Below are positions 38,181-49,924 of a stretch of 64,000 bases of DNA, one piece after another. The stretch lies in NCBI RefSeq assembly GCF_009914755.1, contig NC_060930.1; one strand, given 5' to 3'. This DNA is from the human T2T-CHM13v2.0 reference genome, Homo sapiens. The notes below the pieces were generated by a model. The model had not been told where the DNA came from and searched no databases. It was given only the letters and a program-made list of their open reading frames with translations. Position 1 is the stretch's first letter. Each line of letters begins with the position of its first letter. Position numbers and translations under genes: made by a program.

Positions 38181-40221
38181 GCAAAAAAAAAAAAAAAAAT
38201 CTTTTTAGTGTGATATAATTCAAGCTATGAGAAAAATTATTTCCATAATGTTAGAGTAGTCACTGTTTCAAATGCTGCTAATCAGTTCAACTAGATAAGG
38301 ACTGTAAAGAGGTCATTTGATTTGTGTAAGAAAGTGACTGTTGACCTTGGTGTTTTTGTTTGGGGAAGAGGGAAAGCAGTTACAGGGGTTGAAGATAAGT
38401 GAGAATTGAGAAATCGAAGAAGAAACTACACCACTCTTCCCAGGGAGTAGTTATAGATACATATAAGGTTGAAGGAGGGTTTTTGTTTTGTTTTTTAACT
38501 TAGGAGAAAATTGGGCACACCTAAATACTGACAGGGAAAGAACCTAGTAGAGAGAAAGATTACACAAGGCTAGCGGGGGATGCGAGAAACCTCCCCATAC
38601 TTCATGAGAAGCAGCCCCAGCAATCTCAGGAGAGGCTCTCTTTGTTAGTTTTGGGGCTGATAAGCAAACAGTAGGATATAAATGTGAGGCTATGCAGGCC
38701 AATCCAACATTTAGAGATGGCTTTCCTCAGAACTGGTTGGCCAAGACCCAGAAGTTCATCATGAGAACTACACAACCGACTGACTTGTTTTGTTTTGTTT
38801 TGCTTTTAAAGAAAAAGCAATGACAACAAAAAACACCTAGTTAACAGACCAGCATCTGCATCCTCTTTGTCCTTCAAGAAGTACAAGCCAAGAGGGTTCA
38901 GAAATACACATAAGAATTTCCATTTGATAAAATACAAAGTTCAAGGCAGCCTTTGCTTTTAAAAGTTGTTTTCATGTTATGAAAGATCTAAGGCTATTAA
39001 ATCTAGTGGCAATATGCAAGGGAAAGGAAACCACTTAAATATTGTTATCGTTCTAGTAATGGAAGAGTTGTTCAAAGCAAGTGCAGTGGGTAGTGCTCCT
39101 GATTCTCCTCCCAAAGCAGCATTTACCAGAGAGAAAAAAACATTGGTGGTTATCTGTAGTGGGCAAATGCTACAGTGCATTTTAGCAAAACTTTACTGAA
39201 AATTTCTCGTTTTCTTTTCTTATTGCCTAAGGCATGTTGTTTGTCAGGATTATTTTTCTATTTTAGCTGTGTGGTGATTTTAAAACACTGTCGATGTATT
39301 ATAATGATCTACTATAAGCATAATGTGTAAAGTAACCCAGGTATAATATAATTTATAAAGACTTCATCAAGTTATTATCTGAGTTACTCATATTACTTTT
39401 AGCATCAACTGTCTTGTATTCTAAATATTTATGTATTTTTCTGGAATATCTATTTCTCTGTATGTCCTACTCTATCCATATTTTACATTGACTGGAAATA
39501 TAACCATAAGTTTAGTGAATAAATTACTAATTTTCAAAAAAGTCTGCTAAAAAAAACCTAATAAAATTGTTTTGTGCTTTCTTTAAAACTTCAAGGAAGA
39601 AATCTTAGACAGGAAGGAAAAGAATTTCCTAGTAGTTTCCACAGAAATTGCACAATTTTCCCTGCCAAATACTACTCTTACTCTAAGATTGTCTCCCCAT
39701 TTGTCTGTTTATATAATTGTGATTTTTCCTTGTCTTTCTCAAGTTGCAGTCTTAGAAAGAGTTTAACATCTAGTGTAAATTTTAGATCAAGGATAATTGT
39801 CTAATGGCAACCACATCTGCCATGGGTTGAGCCCCACTTTATCTCAGGAAAAGCCTGCCCACTAAATGCAATGCTTTGGGGCCTGCCTTGTAGCTGCCAC
39901 CTTTTACTATAAACAGCATGAGAAATTCAAGGTCTGCAATTGAGGTAAGTGCTTCTAACAATTCTGGACAGCTTAAATAAGGAGAACAGCAAACCATCTT
40001 TTCAATTCAAGAAACAGAGTGAGATCTAAGGAATTTCCATGTTCATGACTTAAAAAAAAACAAAAAACTCATCTTTTCATTACATATGGCTATAGGAGCA
40101 AAAACAAAAATCCAAATTTTAACCTGGGTGTCATCAGGCATATCCCATACACCTGATGAAACTTACACTGGTTTCCCTCACATGCTATTTTGCTACACTT
40201 GAATGTGGATAATAAACCATT

Positions 40222-40670
40222 TGGTTTTCAGGCAGGAAACGAATGGCACAAACTAAGTAATTTGAGAATTTAATAAAGGGATTATTGACAAAAGCATGTG
40301 CAGGGAAAACCACAATACCACAGCATTTGTAAGAACTGGGTGCCATTACCACTTATAAACTTGAAGATGTGCAGAGATAGAGAAGTTATCAGAATGCAGA
40401 GAAAGAAAGGGCTACCAGATAGGAGCAGCAGGTTTTGGTAAAAATAATGCAGCCAACTCTCAATAACCTCATGGGGAGGGACTAGGGGAGTGAATAAACA
40501 CTCTGACCTCATTGCTTTGTCATCTATCTACTCCTGGCACCTGAGTTTGTCCAGATCAATTTGTAAGTCACTGGAGAAGGAAACTTATTAAAACAAGTCA
40601 AAGTCTCAGGACATAAGGCAGGGTGGAGAAGGTAGTTAACCCAGAGACATTTAAAAGCTAAAAACTGTCT
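40222..40670 (-). mobile_element. ERVL-class LTR (LTR33/LTR41-like; family uncertain)
   Basis: gcaggaaacgaatggcacaaactaagtaatttgagaatttaataaagggattattgacaaa resembles an antisense old ERVL LTR 3' end. Confidence 0.5.
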
Positions 40671-41236
40671 CTCTCTAAATCTACCAATTTGATGCACATA
40701 AGTTATAGAAGATAGGGTAAGTATATATTTTAGTGCCAACAGATGTGACTCTTTGCAGAAGCTGGACGTTAGGTTCCATTATCTGTCACCAGCTTCATGG
40801 GTGGAGGGAGCAAGGGTATATGGGCAGCAGCAGGCATTCCTGACTTCTGGATCACAACTGTGATGTTTCTACTCTACCTCAAGCCAGAAGTCATGATTTC
40901 CACTCCTCCAATGATTTCTTTTTCTGCTTAAAATATCTAGAGTGGTTTTCCATTTTTTGAATTAAACTTTGACATCAAATTACAGCATGATGTAAAAGCA
41001 TTGTAATTTCCTCATCTCAAGGAGTTTTCATGTATATGTCACTTTTGTACTTTAAGTCTTTTCAGTTGAGTTATATCCATGAATGCCCTAGAGAAGCTAT
41101 TATTAAACCAAAGACTTGAAGAGAAGGCTCATACCCCAAATTAGCATCTGGACATAATTCTAATACTCACGTGAATGGTTTATGTTTACCTGGTCTTAAC
41201 TGTGGCTTATTCTAAATGTATGTGACAGAGATTTTC

Positions 41237-41381
41237 TTTTTTTTTTCCTTTTAAAATTATTTTTATTACTATACTTTAAGTTCTGGGGCACAGGTGCACA
41301 ATGTGCAGGTTTGTTACATGGGTATACATATGCCATGTTGGTTTGCTGCACCCATCAACTCATCATTTACATTAGGTATTT
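41237..41381 (-). mobile_element. Short 5'-truncated L1PA (PA5-7-like) 3' end
   Basis: tatactttaagttctgggg...gtgcaggtttgttacat...catttacattaggtattt; candidate TSD gattttc. Confidence 0.88.
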
Positions 41382-42852
41382 TGATTTTCATTAAATGTGA
41401 GGGAAAATATAATGAGTTTGAGAGAGAGGAATGTTGGCATGAATTTATAATGCATTACTTATTTACCCATCCTCTTTGACCCTTGAGAGGGACCAGAATG
41501 TATACATGTTCTTCTCTGGGGTCTCAAATACACATTGGCAGGGGGCAAGCCAGTATTTCTAAGAAGCTTTTTATTTAGTTATTCGTTGTATGCCAGGAAA
41601 TGCTGGTAAGAGACAATGAAGTTGAAATGAGCTCTCTGAATACCACGAAGATTGGAAAGCCACAGAACGGCAGAAACAAAATAGTGTCACTTATCCTACA
41701 GCAGCTAAGTTAGTTTGGTACCATAGTAGATAGAAAAGCCAGTGCAGCTATCAAAATTGATTGGCCCCAAGAAATCTTTATTGTTGGTGAATTGATAATC
41801 TCAGTAAAGTTATATTTATGGTGTATAATAAAACAAAGAAAACTTTCCTAGTCTGATGAAGAAAAACCATTCCTAAATCAGAGTCAATATATAATCCCTG
41901 TACCATTTGAATAAGAAGAGGAGGCTATGTATCCTTGAGGAAGGGCCCTTAAATGCTGTCACAAGAGAACTATAAATATACATTTTCATCTTGTTGAAAT
42001 GGATCTGCATCCATCTATCAAGGTAACTGTGTAGTAGGAAATAGGGCAATAAAAATACCCTTTCATGAATATTATATACTGACTCAGCTCTGAACCAATA
42101 TGAGTCCCCGAATGTCACTGAAGTTTACCAGTCAGAATGTGATCAATAAAAGACATAAAATAAATGAAATTTCAACTTGAATATGCTTAATAGAAACCTA
42201 ATTCTTCATGGTAAACCCAAAAGAAATCTAATCCTTTCCCAAAGTTATTTACCTAGTATCTAAGTATGTTGTTATCATGGAAATACCCATCAATTTTCTA
42301 GAATTCTCACATTGGTGCCCCAACTGTTATGGTACAAAATGCAAAATGGAAGACTGCGAAGTGACCCTGCCATACTAAAATTGCAACTCAAAGCAATGGC
42401 CCAGGCCAGCCCAGCCCTGGGGTAATTTCAGATTTAAAAACCACTACCAAACAGTTCAAAAATTTAGAGATTATAAGCTACATGTCTATATTGCTCTATA
42501 GTTTGCCAAGTGCAGAAGACAAATGGATATGTACAATGGTTTATTGTACACTTAACAACTTATTCAGTGATTAGTTTGTAGTTCCAGATATGTCATCCTT
42601 CCTGGAGCAAATCAATCCAGAACCTGTCATCTAACATATACTTGTTGATTTGATAAAGGATTTTCTCTAGTCTAATATTCAGAAAACACCAAACACTGTT
42701 TCTTTCACCTGGTCAGGGCACCAGCAAATCTTCGTGTTCTGAGTCAGGACAACATCAACTGTCCACATCTCTGACACAATGTAATCCATTGGTACTTTAA
42801 CCATGTCAACCAGCATCTTTCCAGATATAACACTTGTTACTGAAGTGATATT

Positions 42853-43406
42853 AAAAAAAATGTCATGATCACTCTTTTGTGGTCTGCTGCCTGTCTGATC
42901 CACTACAGCTTTCTTAATCCCAGCAAAACCATTACATCTGAGAAGTACACTCAACAAATGGATGAGATGCACCGAAAACTGCAATGCTTGCAGCCGACAT
43001 TGGTCAACAGAAAGGGCCCGATTCTTCTCCATGACAATGCCCAATCGCATGTCGCATAACCAATGCTTCAAAAGTCAAACAAATTGGGCTATGAATTGCC
43101 ATATCATCTGTCATATTCAGCTGGCCTCTCGCCAACCGACTACCACTTCTTCAAGCATCTTGACAACTTTTTGCAGGAAAAACACTTCTACAAACAGCAG
43201 GATGCAGAAAATGCTTTCTAACAGTTTGTCGAATCCCAAAGCATGAATTTTTACACTACAGGAATACACAAACTTATTGCTCATTGGCCAAAATGTGTTG
43301 ATTTTAATGGTCCCTATGTTGATTACTAAAGATATGTTTGGGCCTAGTTATAATAATTTAAAATTCACGGTCCAAAACCATAATTACTACTTTTGCACCA
43401 ACCTAA
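42853..43406 (+). mobile_element. Hsmar1 mariner transposon 3' half (dead transposase catalytic domain plus right TIR)
   Basis: ORF 42865-43059 LIHYSFLNPSKTITSEKY...RKGPILLHDNA, then LSPTDYHFFKHLDNFL; TIR ttttgcaccaacctaa followed by TA; in-frame stops; left TIR absent. Confidence 0.95.
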
Positions 43407-44160
43407 TATTATCTCTATAGGATTTTAAAAATAGAAAAGAGAACTATCTAATTTTTTTTTTATAACTCATATGAGTGTTAGGGCAGTGACTCGAAGTATG
43501 GCCCTGTTTACAAATTTTCTGTCACTGGTCCGCAATCAGATAAGAGTTCAGAAAAGTTTATAATGATTTGACAATGATGCAACAGCTAAGCATGAAATGA
43601 GTGGACTTGTCTAGTTGAGTTGATATTTCAGTGTATGGCAGATTGGAAATAAAAATAAAAACTATTTCACTACAGTCCATTTTGAAGCATTGTGCTAGAA
43701 AGTAGAAGATTAACTTCACAAGCCCCAGTAGGGCCCACTTCAGTGAAGTTTCCAGAATCCAGGTCTGAGACATTTTGGGATATTAGCTACAAAACAGAGA
43801 GCACATTTCTGTACCTTCCTGCCTGTGTCTACTGTTGGTAAAAAATCACAACAGGTGATGAGATTCATTGGATTTTAGAGATATCATATACTAACTAGTG
43901 CAACCATTTATTGGTGCATTAATTGGATGATTGGAAAACTACTAGATTTGAGGGAGTCCAGAGCAAAAAAAGGGTCAACCAACTTGGCCAGAGACAGTGC
44001 AAGAAGGTCTGCCACTTGGCCTTTATAAGCCAGTAGATCTAATTTTGCTCTAGTGAAGGCAATCCAGGATGCTGTACAGGGGTAGTGACAAGACCTAGGA
44101 TTTTAGAGCAAAGCTATACCCCCAACAAGAAAACAATTTTCTATTTAAGAAACACTTCTA

Positions 44161-44273
44161 CGGTGGCTCACGCCTGTAATCCCAGTACTTTGGGAGGCCG
44201 AGGTGGGTGGATCATGAGGTCAGGAGATCAAGACCATCCTGGTTAACATGGTGAAACCCCATCTCTCCTAAAA

Positions 44274-44314
<41 letters not shown>

Positions 44315-44500
44315 TTTAGGTGGGTGTGGTGGCAGGCGCCTGTGGTCCCAGCTACTCAGGAGGCTGAGGCAGGAGAATAGTGTGAACCCAGGAGGCGGAG
44401 CTTGCAGTGAGCCGAGATAGCACCACTGCACTCAAGCCTGGGCGACAGTGCGAGACTCCATGTCAAAAAATAAATAAATAAAAAATAAAAAAATAAAAAT
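44161..44500 (+). mobile_element. AluY-like element, slightly 5'-truncated, with (CA)n in the linker
   Basis: gagatcaagaccatcctgg and ggcggagcttgcagtgagccgagat; TSD aaacacttct (44150-44159 and 44502-44511). Confidence 0.93.
44276..44311. repeat. (CA)n microsatellite
   Basis: About 18 uninterrupted AC units in the Alu middle A-rich linker. Confidence 0.97.
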
Positions 44501-46749
44501 TAAACACTTCTTAGCTCATTACTGAACCAAAACACATTATGGGCATGTCAGATACACAAATTCATCTTAAAGTGAGAGGTGCCCAGAAACACTTTATTAT
44601 CAAGTAGAAGTAGCAAGAATAGCCAGGCAGGTGAAGGATCTAAACAAAAATTGCCTATTCCTGCTGTATTGCCACTCCTTCCTCAAGCTACAACTTTGGC
44701 CTTTTTGGGAAGTTCCTAAGTCCGGTAAATTAAAGAGGACAACCATGTCTAGAGATGTCTTTATATAAGTTTCTGTAAAATATGCTCAATTCAGCCAAAC
44801 TGGACTTCTGTGACATTACAGCCTTCTTTGAGGAAAGAAATGAAGATGTTGAAAGACAAAAAAAAAAAAAAAAAGAGAAATCATCTCTGGGGCAGAAATT
44901 CAAGAATAAATCTTCTTGTCTATGTTGCCAGGCAGGAAAGGTGACCAGAAATAAGAATCTGCATTCAATTTATGAACTCGGGCTAGTAGAGTTGGTCTCT
45001 ACTAGCCAGATGGTCATGGACCCAGAAGAAGAGTAACATGGAAGTTTGGGTCAAATGTATATGGATTGATCTTTTGGAATAGGTCCAGGATTTGAGGATA
45101 TTTTTGTCTCATGTAAACCTCCGCCTTAAAGTCCTTCTCTATTGAGGAACACTTTAATGAGTACCACTTTAATGAGATGTCAGAAAGGATGACTTTCTCC
45201 TTACATGTCAGTTAGTATCCTTCCTAGCCTCTTTGGTGCTTGCTCAGTAGGATCATGGGCCCAATAATATGGACATACCCTTCTTTAGGATGATCTGGAT
45301 ATTTACCCAGTGAGTGCACTGTTGCCAACAGCAGGCATCCCCCTTTTGATGTCAGACAAAAGGAGACAACTCAGCTTCCTGGTGGAAAATAGGGTACTTT
45401 TATTGGCTACATCTACTGCTAATGTCCAATTTTCTACTCCTACTTGACTGTTCTTGAAGGTAGCAATTTGTTCTCACTGGAATAAATCTACATTCAGGAT
45501 GTGGATTTATATTCCCCACTCATTATTTTCTGTTAGGGACACCATCTGTGTACTTCTAGAATGCCTATATGTCACCACGGTGTCCTACCTAATTTAGCTT
45601 TCAATTGACAGTGAAAGAAGTATAGAAATAGCCTGATGTCCATGGAATTTACTCATCTTATGTGCCATGTCATCCAGAAGTGGCTACCCTAAAAAAAATG
45701 GAGGAATGATCTATTGAAACCTCACTTATTTTGCCTCCTGGAAGATAATGTCTTGTGAGATTGTGGGTGTTCTATAGGATACAGGATATTCTCTGAGGTA
45801 GCCACACACAAAAGCATCCTTTTCCCCTGATTCACGCTCTAAGAAAATGTATGATTCTGTTTCTGTCATAGTCAGAATATATCAATCCAAGAAACAAGGA
45901 TAGAAGTAGGAATAACAATTCCCAAGGTTAGACCTAATGTTCAAACCTGCAAAATTTGTGCTATCCTATCTTCATATCTACAGCCTTTGATAATTTAAAG
46001 AAATAAATGTTTCCCCTAACGGACCCTCAAAAAATAATTCTGCTAAACTAGCAGATGAGACTTCCAGCTAGCTTTTTATATCTCCCCACGGCACTAGAAA
46101 AAATAAAATAAAATAAAAGGGTGAGGTTATAGTGCAGCCAAGAGTGATTGATCCTGATTGTTAAGAAATAGGGTTGTTTCTTCCTGATGGCAGCAAAGAG
46201 ATGAATGGAACTTAACGGCAGATTGCAAGCCCATGTGGCTAGTACTATCAAGGGCTCAGATGCTGTAGGTATGATGATGGGTGACTTCAGGAGGTAAGGA
46301 ACTCCATCTAGCTGAATTTTAAGCTGAAGGAAAAAAGAATATGAATGGTAATAGATAAAGGATAGTTTTGAACCTGTGTTCTTATTAGGATTAGAGTTTG
46401 CACCTATATGCTTCCTTGCTGTGCATTTATCTATTTGTATTTATATAATTTCATAAATTTCTATTTTCTTTTTTCTTTATTTCTTCCCTCTTGTTTTTAG
46501 AGTTTATTGTGGGTTGTTGAGTTTACATTTTATGATTCACAGAACCTGAGGGCAGGATGAGACAGAATTCAAAAGAAGATGACATCACTCCAAAATCCTG
46601 AACATGGAGATGGAAGCAGTAAAGCATGGAACCTGGGTTATTTCACTTTGGGCAGGGAAGAGTATATGGCATTATAGTAGTGGGAGCATTTTTGTGTGTG
46701 TGGAAGCAAAAATATGGGTCGGTGGACAAACGTGTATTTTATATAAACA

Positions 46750-47190
46750 TGGTAGTGACCATTTGTGATTTTTATACCTGCCACACATTCTTTTTAAAAG
46801 AATTCTCTCACCGTATAAGTTTTTTTGTGGAAGGTGAAAGACAAAGAGATAGGTTTTCTTCTATTTATTCTCTGTTAGCAAAGAAATTGTCTCAAAACTA
46901 AAACTTGACCAATCAGACATTCCTATATTAGGACTTCACATTTTCCGTGAATCGACTAACCATGGCATCAGAGCTGTAGGATTTGGCAGTGGCAGCTGTT
47001 TACAGCTGCTGTGTGCACAGCACATGCATAGACCATATGGTTCTGCTGATGAGCTGCTAGAGCACCCCCAACTTGCACCTACTTCTTCAGTTTTGTGAAT
47101 CATGTGAGCCTCCCTGTGAACTTCTGTTAAATTCTTTTTTACTAAAGACAGGAATAGTTTGTTTCCCCTGCAGGTACCAAGAAGCCGGCT
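46750..47190 (+). mobile_element. Old ERVL LTR (LTR33-like), probable 3' LTR of the ERVL remnant
   Basis: tggtagtgaccatttgtgattttt...cttgaccaatcagacattcc...ttaaattcttttttactaaa...ccaagaagcc; position directly after the pol remnant. Confidence 0.45.
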
Positions 47191-47199
47191 CTACCTTCA

Positions 47200-47340
47200 A
47201 AATACAAACTCTATGAGACTAAAAGGAGATGAATTACCATCTCCTTTTTATAGATGAGGAAACTGAGGTGCAGAAATATTAGGTAATTTGCCCATAATGC
47301 TAGTAAGTGGGAACACAAAATTTGAGTTTTAACAGTTGCC
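47200..47340 (-). mobile_element. MIR SINE
   Basis: ttttatagatgaggaaactgaggtgcaga...ggtaatttgccca...ctagtaagtgg. Confidence 0.8.
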
Positions 47341-47779
47341 TCTAAAAATCGATAGACTTTATTTTGCTCTCATTCTACTTTCCTGTATGGTTTATTTCAT
47401 CATTGCCCTATGCAGTTTCCATAGAATTCTCTTTCCTCCACTTCATAGCAAACTGGCTTTTCTTGGAACCCATAATGCTCACTGCCTAGACTACACATTG
47501 AGCAAATTAGCACATTCTGCTTTTGATTTACTGTTTTAGTGGCAATTGGTAAGTAATAGTATTAAATGTCTTCTTTTTAAATTTTCATCTATGTCTTTTC
47601 AGTTAGTCCAGGCATTTCTTTAAGGTAAGAGATAAACTTTTTTTCAGCTACAATGCTGAGCACATAACAAAAGCACAGTTAATATTTGTTTGTCTTATCT
47701 TCTCTTTATCAAAGTAATTTTAATTACTTATACTAATTTCTCTTTGTCACTAATTAGTTTTAGTCTCAGTCCTAACAAT

Positions 47780-49250
47780 AGAAAAAATAACTGGTTGCTT
47801 CTTTATCATCCAGTTTTTCAAAAACCTGCCTCCCTTTAAATTCATGCTCACTTATCTCAAGTGGGTCCTTAGGCTTCTCATCATGAGCATGCATTTCCCT
47901 TCTTCATCCCCTCACAACCTTCTCTGGATGCTTATTTCGAACTACTTGCTCTTCCCTTGCATATAGCTAATGACTTTGGTTTCATTTCATAAGAAAGGGG
48001 ATGCTGTCGGATGAGAACTTCTGCAGCTCTCACAACAAAGGCCCACCTATTTGCATATGTGCCCATATATTTTGCCTCTTCAGCTCTTCCTATGGTTAAA
48101 TTGCCCATGTTCCTTTCTAAGACAAACCGCTTCACTTCTCCAAAGCCTATCCTCTCTCACCTATTTAAGGAAATCACTCCAGCAATTGAACTTCACCTCT
48201 TACATAAATTTTCCCACTTGATAACATTATCCCGAGCAATATGCAGCTATGCTAAATAATACCTATTGATATTACTTGGATCTCTGTCCCCACCCAAATC
48301 TCATGTTGAGTTTTGATCCTGAGTGTTGGAGATAGGGCCTGGTGAGTGGTGATTGGATCATGGGGATGGTTTCTAATGGTTTAGCACAATCTCCCTAATG
48401 CTGTCTCATGATAGAGATGTCACAAGATCTGGTTGTTTAAAAGTGTGTAGTATCTTCCCCTTCTTTCTCTCTCTCTCCTGCTCCACCATGGTAAGATGTG
48501 TTTGCTTCCCCTTCACCTTCCACCATGCTTCTAACTTTCCTGAGGCCTCCCAGCCATACTTCCTGTACAGCCTCTGGAATTGTGAGTCAATTAAACCTCT
48601 TTTCTTTATAAATTATGCAGTCTCAGGGATTTCTTTATAGCGGTGTGAAAACAGACTAATACACCCATCTTTGAAAACATCTGCCTTCACCCTAAATATC
48701 CTTCCAGTAACATCTCCATTTCTCTGTTCCTGTTTATAGCAGAATTCACAAAATAGTCTATATCCTGTCTCCATCTCTTCCCTTCTCATTTTATTTACTA
48801 CTCCTCTGAAACAGTTCTTGAGAAGGTCACTGATAACCTCTACTGACAAAGTCCAGTGGTCATTCTCAGTCCTCTGATCAGAATCAAGTGGCACAGTTAA
48901 TCAGTCCTGCCTTTTCAAAACACTTCTCACTTGATTTCCAGGATATGTAGCCTCTTGATTTTCTGTCTTCACAGTTGGGACCTTCTCAGTTGTTCTCTTC
49001 CAGCTCTTTCTCATATCCCAGACTTGCAAATATTCGAGGGCCTGCAGTTTAGTCCTCTTACCTTTTCTCCATCTGCTCTCAGTCCCTCAAGGAACTCATT
49101 GAGTCTGACATATTACATACTCATTTGTTTGTAAACTCCATGAAAGTAATGACTTGACCTGTGTTCCCTTGTACCTTCCTTGTCAACTAAAGACCCAACA
49201 CCTGGAACTTACCTGGAAGATAATAATTACTGAATACATCTTGGGTGCAT
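47780..49250 (+). mobile_element. L2 fragments interrupted by MSTA
   Basis: aaggtcactgataacctc...ccagtggtcattctcagtcctc...tttcaaaacacttctc; 3' end gtaaactccatgaaagtaatgac. Confidence 0.65.
48267..48663 (+). mobile_element. MSTA MaLR solo LTR
   Basis: tgatattacttggatctctgtccccacccaaatctcatg...gagtcaattaaacctc...acagactaataca; TSD cctat/cccat. Confidence 0.9.
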
Positions 49251-49439
49251 GAACATTTAAGTATTCTTTTTTTTGCAGGCACCACATTTATTCCTATTAT
49301 TACTCCTTCCTCCAAGACCATTTTGCTATACAGACATGGCTCTTAATGCTACAGTGGGCATATTTCATGGTACTTGCCCCCTCACAGTCTCAAAGGAAAG
49401 CTTATTTATGTCACTCAACTCCCCTATCCAGCAGAGCCA

Positions 49440-49708
49440 ATAGACCCCTTTTGAGTGGATACACAAAGGTCTAAGTCTTAATCAACTAATGGGGTGGACA
49501 TTGACTTGTGACTTCTCTGTTTTTCTAAACCAGGCATAAGACATATGAATGAAGACACCTTTAAGATGACTCCAACCCCAGTCACCATCTGACCAAAGCC
49601 CATGTGAACCCCTGGGCAGGAACTATCTAGTTCATCCCAGTGAGTCTCCAGATTTGAGAGCAATACTAATGATTGTTATGGTTTTGACTCACTAAATTTG
49701 GATGGTTA
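49440..49708 (+). mobile_element. MLT1 (G/H-like) LTR 3' part, cut by L1PA7
   Basis: gacatatgaatgaagacacc...ccccagtcaccatctgac...gattgttatggttttgactcactaaatttggatggtt. Confidence 0.6.
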
Positions 49709-49924
49709 ATTTTTTTTATTATTATACTTTAAGTTATGGGATACATGTGCAGAACGTGCAGGTTTGTTACATAGGTATACATGTGTCATGGTGGTTTGCT
49801 GCACCTATCAACCTGTCATCTACATTAGGTATTTCTCCTAATGCCATCCCTTCTCTATCCCCCCACCCACTGACAGGCCCCAGTTTGTGATGTTCCCTTC
49901 CCTGTATACATGTGTTCTCCTTGT

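Larger units (their letters stand above)
40980..46750 (+). mobile_element. Ancient ERVL internal region (gag-pro-RT-RNaseH-IN), heavily decayed
   Basis: RT-like gttccagatatgtcatccttcctggagcaaatcaat...tttcacctggtcagggcaccagca; cagtgaagtttccagaatccag; tttgagggagtccagagca; integrase-like ttgccaacagcag and catccagaagtggct, all collinear with ERVL pol. Confidence 0.7.

Noticed and set aside
42853-43406. Possible SETMAR exon or processed pseudogene
   Set aside because: It keeps the third catalytic Asp (SPTDY, gac at 43138-43140) where SETMAR has Asn. It has stops, a right TIR, no SET-domain sequence and no poly-A.
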